64,000 bases of DNA from Vitrella brassicaformis CCMP3155 (Eukaryota > Protista > Chromerida): positions 20,036-84,035 of the forward strand of contig CDMY01000412.1 in the NCBI GenBank assembly GCA_001179505.1, in the 5' to 3' direction. The position numbers and the translations under genes are program-made. The notes under the pieces are model-generated. The model made no database searches, had not been told where the DNA came from, and saw nothing but the letters and a program-made list of their open reading frames with translations. This document shows positions 27,453 to 36,975 of this stretch, piece by piece. How positions within the stretch are numbered: position 1 is the stretch's first letter; every line of letters starts with the position of its first letter.

Positions 27453-30400
27453 TTAATCCCGGTGTCCCTGATTGTATACGTGCACCGCACTCTTGGCCTT
27501 GGCGCGACACACGGGGTAGGTCAGCACCTTCTTCTTGTCCTTCTTGGCCGTATCCTTCATTCGCTCCAAGCACCCTGCACACGCCACACATGTGCATACA
27601 CGACACTGTTCATTGATCGACCCCCATACGCACATACGTACGTACCCTTGCAGAGGCACTGGTGTCCGCACGGCACGAGTGCAATGTCATTCGGCTCCGC
27701 CAAACACACCACACACGTCGTGATGGTTTTGTCCTTTCCGCCGCCTTCGGCGTGCTTGGCCCGTTCCTCCTTTAGCTGTGCCTGCATGTCAGCGATCATC
27801 TTGGCGGCGGCCTCCTTCTCTTTGCGCAGCTGCTCGGCCGCCTCTCTGTCTTTTGCCTCCTTTGCTGCGGCGAGGCGGCCCTCCACATCTTTCTGGTAGG
27901 ACTCGTCTCGCAGCTTCATCAGGTGCTCGTTGGACTGGTCCCTGAGCTGCTTCAGGCGATCCGACTCACTCTTGGCAGACTGCTGGAACTGCATGACGGC
28001 GGGAATTGACGTGAGGCCGTCAAGCTTCTCCTTGGTCAGCCTGAGGAGAACACACAGGCAGGTAGGCAGGCAGATAGACAGTGTTGATAAGTCTTCTCAC
28101 CGATCTGCGTCGCGTTGCCTGAGGTCTTCGTTGTCGTCAATGAGGCCTTGCAGCCTGCTCCTGTATGCGGCCCTCTTGGCCTCGGCCTCGCTAACCGACA
28201 CGATCAACCTGAAACAAACCAGACACGCATACAGAGACATACGTACGATTGTGCGTTCCATCTGTGAGTGTGTTCGGTGCCGTCTTACTCATGGATAACG
28301 GTGTGCACGTCCTCCATGTGTTCTTTAGCCATGGCGATTTTTGCAGCAATGTCGCACTCGGAACGGTCCAGCTCGTCCAGCCATACACGCTCTGTAGCAG
28401 CAGCAGCAGATGGCGGAGGGCTGCAGACATGCCATCACACATATGCAGACGTACGCAAGGGCCGCATGCCTTGTCTGCTGCCGCCCACCTGTCGCTCCTT
28501 GGGGGCATGGCGGGAGGGGGAATGGGAGTTGGGGCTCGGTCATCACTCGAAGGCGCGGTTGGCTGCCCTCCGCTGGCGGCCTGTGAGAGCTCCATCAGCC
28601 GCTGCGACACGTCTGAGGTCATGAGTTGGCGCAGCTCCGTGTCGCGCATGTCGATGGAGCCCTGGAACCGCCGCACATCGTCTGCTGTGGCCTTCAACGC
28701 AAGCTCATCCTCACTCAAACTGATATACACACAAAGGGCAGACAAGGAGAAATAATAGAAACACAGATTTAGGCGCACACGTGTTCCTGCCTGCCTGCCT
28801 GCCTGCCTGCCTACACGGGATTGGCCTCGCGCAGTCTGTCGTTTTCGTCCGTGAGCTGTGCCTCTTGTGCCTCCATCTGGCCGAGCAACTCCAGGACGTG
28901 ACGCAGAGAAGCTTCCAAACTGACGAGCAACAACAGGGCAAGACACACAAAAGCGTCCTTCACATGGAAGAGCACGTTGGCTGTGCTGCGCACCCTGTCT
29001 TCTGCTCCTCTGCAGCGGCGATCTGCCCCTTGAGCTGATCCAATTCCTCAGCCGCCTCCTGGAGCGATGCAGCGATGGCCATCTCAGCCTCACGTTCCTC
29101 GTCGGTTCTGCACACACACAAAACACGACGACACACACTCGAGTTGATACCAGTGATACATACTCACAACCGTGTGGCGTGTGTCACCTGTGGTCTCTTT
29201 CCACTGTTGCTGCTGCTGGTGCTGCCGCTGCTTCCAGTGGTTCTCGATAGCGTGGCCCGCCCTCAAAGGACGACGGGATCTCCTCGAGACCGGCAGGCGG
29301 TGGAAGAGAGACCGAGGCTTCGAAAGATACTGCAGCAGTGGGGCTGTGGTCTTGGTCGTCGCTGGGTGGTGGTTCGCTTGCCGCCCCGTCCTCTTCCCCT
29401 TGCGCACTCCTGTCCGCTGTCGGCAGCCGGTCACCTTCAGACAGGTCTGCAGCCCTCTCGTTGCTTGGCTGAGGTGGACTTGCTGCGGGTGGCAGCAACT
29501 GCACAGATGACTGGAGCGTCTCGGTGTGGTGTGGTGCGGGTAGCGGATCTTCCCTCACCTCAACATCACCACTGCTTCATACCACAGACAGAGAGACACA
29601 GTCGAATAATCTGTGGATGTTGTGAAGGCTGAATGACGTCTGACCTGTCGACAGGGGTGGTGGTAGCATATGACTCGACGGCCGATCCCTCGTGACGCCT
29701 CACGACCATGCCCCTTTTCCCTTTCCTCCTGCGTCGCCTTGCCTGTCTCGTCATCGACAGCTCGCCAGCCTCGTGCTCGTGCTCGTGCCCGGGGAAGATC
29801 TCACATAGGTCCACATGTGAGCAGATGTCAACGCGTCGCCGTCTCACTCCTTCCAGCACTTCGATGAGGGCCTCCTCGCTCGCCGGATGCCCTGACTTCC
29901 GCAGCTGTCTGCTGTAGAACTCGACTGACATAAAGAAGCCATCGCTAAGATCCTCGGGGTCATTCGCATGACCCATGAACAAAGTGAGGCCTTCCCCCAC
30001 TCCGAGCGGCCGACAGGCAAAGCCGACTCCGACGCACGACGATGGATCACTTGGCGGGTACCCCTCAACCAGCACACGAAATTCACGCAGCTGCTCCGCC
30101 ATCTGAGGATAGAGCTCTCGGAACGACGCGTTTTCCGGCAAGTCCACGACCTCTCGACACGCATCAGCGAGAGCACGCGCCCGTGCAACCAGCCGCTCTC
30201 CCACGCCGCCGTCTTGCCATGCCTGGGGGCCCCTCCAGAAGCACACCGGCATGTCCACGACGATGAGTGGGCACCCCGATTCACGAAAGATGGTCAAGTC
30301 GGGTCCCACGCCATCTGCACACCTCCAGCCGAGACTCGCATGCCCGCAAACGATCCGAATGGGATGTCCAATGTGCAGACAGGCCAGCTCGAGCGCCTTG

Positions 30401-33400
30401 CACAGGCCCTGAGGCGTGAGAGACTCCGCCCATGAGGCTGACCCAGCCAGAAGGGCCCATGAGCCTTGCACAAAACCGACTGTGTCCACGGGCCCTTCTG
30501 GCTGAGACCGCTTTTTGCAGACACCCAGCTGCGCGAAACTGATGACAGCGCTTGTAGGCAGGTGGGATGCGGCCTTGACCGAAGCCACCAGCGCCTTGGC
30601 CGCCTTTATTGCCTCTTTGAGGAGCTGCTCCTCGATCGGCCGGGCGGTGTTGTCGCGTGGCTGCGGTGTCGGAAGCGGCGATGATGGGGGCACGACGAGA
30701 GCAGACGACGAGCGTGCCGCACTATCGGACTGGGGCAGATGACACTCTGAAGGCATACAAGAAAGCGTGGACTAAGTGATTGTACGCCCTTCGCCCACCT
30801 TCGTCAAGTCGGTGATCTTGAGATAGCTGAGTGTCAGTCTCAGCACCCTCTGGTACTCGGTCAGGTGCCTGAGCGGCATTTGACTCACAATTGCTCGCAC
30901 GAGAGAGCTGCCGAAAGAAATAAATGGACACCAACCATGAAGATATGTGACGATGAATGAAGGGATGGTGATACGTACATGAGTATTGACGGGGCCGCCA
31001 TCATGGCCACAGCAGCCGCAGTGGGCGGTTGTCGATGCTGGGTGGCTCGTTGATGCTGCTTCGTCACGATCTGCAGGCGTTGCTTCTGGTGTGTCTGCAT
31101 TCGGCTTCCTTTGCGGAACGCGAGCCATACGTGTTACTCCGTCGCACCCATGAAATGGGACAACAGAAAAGCCTGCATGTCAGAGAGAGGAGCAACGACA
31201 CCGATAAACCCTCCCCCTCTGCCTCTCTCCTCATTCGCGTGCACACACCTTGTTGTGATTCATCGCTGGGCAGACTGAAGTGCCCGGTGGCATCATGCCG
31301 TTTGCCTTCCAAATCCATGCAGAGAGGGTTGGCCCAGCCAGCCACCAGATTGCAAAACGAAAACACCGTCTTGTTCTCGATCAGCATGCCCCTTTCGAGC
31401 CCTTGGCAAAGCAACAGCTTCATCATCATGCTCATCGCCGTCGACACGTCGGGAAGAGCGATAGACGCACTCCACACAGAGGGACGGCTCATGTCGCCGA
31501 AGCGACATGCGGCTGCAGGACGATCCCGACGCGCTCACAGCCAGGCACGGACGAGGCCTCCGATATCGCCCTGAGGTGCCGCAAGGCGAAACAAGCTGTC
31601 GAAGGCACCTCCCTCGTGTATTGCAACTGAGTGCCGTTGAGCATTTTCAGCTGGTTGCGCTGTAAAAGGCTCGTACACCGAGACATTCCCTCGCAAATAA
31701 ACCGGACTGACCACACACACACACACACACACACACAACGCATAGACGTCTGTCTGTCTGTCTGCATTTGTACAGCTGCTCGCTCTAGAGTGGACCCATC
31801 GGGCGCCGCAGCGGTCGGTGCAGAAGGAGACCGTCCCCTCTCTTGCACGCCTTGAAAGAAATTCGCCCCATCTGCATGGTAAGCAACTGTTGAGAAGTCT
31901 CTTCCTACTGTGCCGTGCAGCTTGCTTACCATGCACGCCGCGCATATATTGCTGCATCTTCTTAGGAATTTCTCGACCCAAAGACGTGCTCCGCTGCGCC
32001 GAGTTCGCCCACTCGGCCGACGACATCACACCATCGACAAAGCCCCTCCCTGCCGATATCGCCTCCTGAAGCTTCTCGTCTGTCAGATCGGTCGCCCACT
32101 GTGTGTGCTGAAAGCACTGAGCCTCGAAGACGAAGCCGATGACGTCCACACACACCCCATCGATAGACGCCTTCGTAGCCACACTGACTTGGACCGCGTC
32201 GCCCCTGCCCTGCCTCGCCAGTGCCTCCTTTTCTGACTTGGTAATCGCCTTGGCCCTGAGCAGCGCATGCTTGACCGCTGGCAAGGGCTGTTGCGAGTCG
32301 AGGGCGGCTGTACTTGCTGACTGTTCGATGATGGGTACAGAGAAGATAGGATCATCCGGAGTTGCGATTGGGAGCTGCTGTGGATGACTGTTGGTCTCAT
32401 CGATGAACTCGAAGGTCAGGAAGCTCCCCTTTGGTATCGCCTCGTTGCTGAAGAGGCACACAGTAGGGGCAGTCGGGGCTGCAGTGGATGGACTTTGGAG
32501 AACAACCTGAAATACAATCAGCAGTCACTTGATAGAAGGTGGGTCAAGCTTCCTTACAACGCACCTTGGCTGTCAGGTTTGGTTTGTCTGACCGCGTAAG
32601 GAAGCGTGCTGCATTGCCGAAGTATGTGGTGTCAATAGCATGGCCGATTTCGCCGAGACTGACGCACGGGAAGACAGGCAGTCGCTTTTGCACACGCTGT
32701 TCGACTCGACCTCGTAGCTGAGAGGTGGCGATCAGCTCGCCAGCAAGCTGCATCACAAAGACGCCTGCCGGAATCACTTCCTAGACCACAAGATGGCACA
32801 AAAAGGGTTTGCTCACATGTATGACAGCCTTGTGCTCCTCACTTGAGCAATGAGCGAATATCGTTCATCATCTCCTCCCCTTTCCACAGCAACACGCCAA
32901 TGTACTCCGGGAAGGAAATGTAAACTATTAGTACGCATACAAAACGACATGCACCCATACTCGCGGTGTGATTGTTTTGTTGCTCACTCAGCAGGGTACT
33001 GCTCCGTGTTTCCTGCCGTCGGCAGCTTCGTGAAGGCAATGGACTCCTTGGCGTATGTGAACGATATGTCCTGTTCGAAGAAGGGCCTGTGTCTGCATCC
33101 AAGGAGAGGAATCGCCATATCTTCTTGTCCCTGAGAGATTATGTAATCTCAATGAGCAAACCAGGCATTACACAGATATCAACAAGAAGCGAACCTGAGA
33201 GATGTCTTGATCGATATTCCAATCCACAAGCGGCTCCGAAAGCAGAAGCGACACGCTTGCAGGGGGCTATGTTGGTCGACGCCGTCCTCTGGTGGCTCCA
33301 AAGGAAGGTACGCATTGACAAGCTTGCCACGCATACTTGTGGGGATGGGCAGAATGCGAACGCTGTCATCCATGGCCAGATGGAGCTGGAACGGAAAATG

Positions 33401-34875
33401 CAGCTCCTGAAAGAAATACAAAACCAAGCGGATCCGTCTCTCATCCGATATGATCTCGTCTCATTCCCTCAGTCTCACTGGACGGGGATAGAAACGGTGC
33501 TCCATTTGCTGTCTCTCGCGCCACTCCCTGAGCCGCTCATGACTGCTCTCCAATAGGCAGTCAAAAAGGGCTTTGAAGCACAGAAAGCCACCACCAGAAG
33601 TTGACAGCTCGTGAAAACACCCATCGAGCGGCGATGCGACGACCACTCGATGCGGCCGTCCAGACGTGCATCGATGCTGCTCCTGGCTCTTGGCGAGATC
33701 CAGGACGAAGGGTGGTGATTCGGGTGATGGCATGCGGTCGTCATTGACTGCAGCAATATAACCATATTGTGTGGTATTGTTTTCTTGTGTGGGACGTGTG
33801 TGTCACCTGGAGGTCTCCAACCGGAATCGTTAGGCAAAAAAGACAGAACGAACTTCCAGCAGCCCTTGCCGGAATGGTCGGATGTCCTGAAGGCGTCCTC
33901 AACGCAATAGTGACCATCATATCGAAAGCCATACCTGCAATACGAAGAGAAGAGACAAGCACTCGCATTTGATGCTTCTGTTGCTCATGTATTCCCTATT
34001 GCTCTCTCACCTCGGTGCAACCTCTGAGCGCGTCTCGAAGCATCGGATGACCCTCACGTGCATGCCGCTCACGAACGAATGCAGCATAGGTTGAGCATGT
34101 ACATCCCTGCCGTCTGCATCGTCCCTCACTGCATAAAGGATGCGGTCTCCCTTGTCGTCGTGACCATCATCATTGACCAAGACACACGTGCATATCTTGA
34201 TCATGGTGTCGCCGAAACGAACACTGACGACTCCATCCTCTTTGTTGGTAACGCCCGTCAGCCGGAAAATGTGTGGGAATGAGAAGATGGTGCCGGGGGC
34301 AACACCCACTGTATGGTAAGGGGCGGGCTTCACGCGAGGCATGAGAGGGTCCAGCCACTGTGCGATCTTCTCCTCAACGCTGTCTGCAGCTGCCTCCACT
34401 GAGCTGAGGTCGCTGAGGTCAGGGCAGCTCGCCAGCTCTCGCATAAACTTGCTCTCGATGAATGGCACTCTTGCCTCTTTGGAGAGAAGCATGTAGCGGT
34501 CGAACTCCTCACCCATCAGCACTGAGCCTGCATGGAACAGCAAAGCTGAAGATCTGTAACAAGTCGTCGATTCCCTTCCCTACCTGAATCTGAATCGATG
34601 TCCGTCTCCTCGAGAGGGAGATCAGGTCGAGTGGCCTCATCAGCATGATCATTGGTTCTCTCGCAGTCATCCACGGTGTCGTTTGCTTCACATAAAGGGC
34701 CCGGCTGAGAGGCGGACGGCCTTCTTGAATCAGCCCCATCGCGTGCAGCTCCTGACTGATCCTCACGTGACTCATCGCGTGCACCTGCGAGCTTTTTTTT
34801 GCATTTACGCTCGTACAGAAGATCCGTTGATCCCGGATTCTTTCCCCCGGATTCGCTCTTCAAGTTTCGTGTCAT
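27453..34875 (-). CDS. SRA-YDG + degenerate pre-SET/SET + UIM + coiled coil + RING-HC protein (SUVH/UHRF1-like hybrid)
   Basis: SRA: GVAPGTIF...DDKGDRILY...HVRVIRCFE...APRYGFRYDGHYCV...GCWKFVL. Pre-SET start: DISQGQEDMAIPL...FTYAK. SET: IPAGVFVMQLAGELI...IDTTYFGNAARFLTRSDKPNL...IPKGSFLTFEF. UIM: EEREAEMAIAASLQE. RING: CVVCLAEPNDIALVPCGHQCLCKGC...YPVC. All exons can be joined in frame through GT-AG introns. The domains are well supported; the single-gene model is less certain. Confidence 0.75.
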
Positions 34876-34884
34876 ATCACGACC

Positions 34885-35666
34885 ATGATGAAGCTATCTG
34901 CTGTCTGCCTGCTGTGTGTGGCGGCCCTCGTGTCCGCTGCTGCCGAGTCGCATCCCTTGTCGGTCGTTGAGGGTTCACACCACTTTCTGGAGATGAAGAG
35001 GGACCTGCAGGACCGTGTGCCCATGCCCATGCCCATGCCGAAACCTCAGCCTGAAGATGACGGCAAGGAGGTACGCAGGACAGAAAGGAGGGCCAGCAAA
35101 CTGCTGTTGTGTCGCGGGATGGGACCACTGTGTGTGTGTGTGTTTGTGTCAGATGAAGAGGGACCTGCAGGACCGTGTGCCGATGCCCGTGCCGAGGCCT
35201 GAGCCTGAAGATGACGGCAAGGAGGTAGGCGGAGGGAGCCAGCAAACTGCTGCTGTGTCGGCCGAATGAGACCACTCTCTGTGTGTGTGTGTGTGTGTGC
35301 CTGCGTGTGGCAGAGTGGCGGTCCCGCCCGTGCGCTCCAGGAGCCTGACAACAAGCCCCTGCCGGAGCCCAAGCCCAAGCCCGTCGAGGCAGCCCCCGAG
35401 GGCGTCTTCCAGCCCATGCCCGTTCCCATTCCCGACGTGAGAGAGTGATGACACGCACAGAGAGCCACGCTGTCACTTGACCTCTGCCTTGTGTGTGATA
35501 TGATCAGGGCCGCCTTCGCGGGCTGAAAAAGCTCAAGGAGGCCGGTGAGCCCAGAGAGGACCACATACACATTTTGTGCTCATTCCATTCGTCTCTGTAT
35601 GTGTTTTCAGATGTCCCTCGCCAGGATGAGGATGATCCCATGCCCAAGCCCTGCCCCGGCTGCTAG
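34885..35666 (+). CDS. Small secreted Pro-rich repeat protein with RxL/KR motifs
   Basis: Signal peptide MMKLSAVCLLCVAALVSAAA. Five exons in frame: 34885-35070, 35153-35224, 35314-35436, 35508-35544, then the last exon to stop 35666. Units are MKRDLQDRVPMP...PEDDGKE (twice), RALQEPD and RLRGLKK; the protein ends PMPKPCPGC*. Confidence 0.85.
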
Positions 35667-36975
35667 TCAAGACGGGTAGGGGGATGCACACGTAATGGGA
35701 CAAGAGGGTTTGTTGCTTGTGGATAGATCGGTAGCCTGGCCGTCAATGTTTGTGGGATGGCAGGGCCATGCCTGGCTTGGCTCTCACCCTTCTTTGTCTG
35801 TCGGCATGACATGTGTGGATAACCACGTTGGGTTGCATCGGTGTGATGCGTGTTGCTCAACTGGCTGGGAGCTTTGCATCTTCTCAGCCTAATTAGTCAG
35901 TCAGCCACACACGAGAGGGAGGAGATGTCCAGTCCACAGGCACGTCAGGGCAGGGCAGCACATGTCGATCGGCATTATTTATCTTTACTTAGTGTGGCTC
36001 CATTCCATTTATACGAATATGTACATGCAGTGCAGTACATGGCTCTGTGTCTCTAGTTGCGTGTCCGCCTGCCTCCCTGCCTCCCTCCCTGCCTGTCTTG
36101 TGTGATACAAATGGCATCGCCTGTGTACATGTGTGTGTACGTGTGCATAAGCAAACCTGCACGTGTACCGTCGCTGCCCTGCGAGTTGTGTGTGGGTGTG
36201 TGTGCTGCTGGCGTGCCTGGGGAATGGGTGGATGGGGGCGTTTCCGTCGATATGGACTGACTTGTTTTTAAGTCGAGGTGACATCTGTAAGGTGGGTGGT
36301 ATTTGATGAGAGCGGAGCGGCAACATCGTAGCCAATGGGCTATTTCTGTGCGTGGTATCCAACCCAGTTAGCCTGCCCCCCTCGTTTCGTTGTCGATAAC
36401 CATGGATACCAATCTAGATGCCCCATGTCTACGGATGCGCATGAGGGCAACGGGGGAAGCGAAAAGCACATGATGTGCATCTTCGGTACGTACACCGTGT
36501 CGTCGGCTGGGTGTTTCCCCCAGCGACTGACTGACAAAGTCGCTGGGGGGTGGCGGAATGAATTTTCGTGAACTTTTGGTCAAGTGGAAAAGGGACATGT
36601 AGATAGCCGTCCGTCCATGTGCAGGTCTGTATGCTCGTCTCATGTGTGCGTGTTGTTTATAGTGAATGAATGCGAGACTTTCTTATTTGCATCAAAGGAC
36701 TTGTTTGCAGATTCAGCAGTGGGCATCGGCACGAACCATTGAGTGACAAGTATCGATGACATCGAGTCAGGTCGGACACGAATGTGCATGAGCTTCACTG
36801 TCAAACCACCACATCGCCCACACCCCGATCATTCAAACCGTCCATCTGCCAGCCCTTCTCACCCGGGGCACCCCCACATCTACATTCGTAGCTGGGGCTG
36901 CGTGTGGCCACACACAGAGAGGGAAGGCACGAAAAACCCCACGCACACGCACCAGATCGACCAGCTAGCCTGCCT

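Noticed and set aside
32972-33556. Protein-looking 194-aa plus-strand ORF
   Set aside because: Overlaps the pre-SET exons on the minus strand, which carry recognisable motifs and consistent splice sites.
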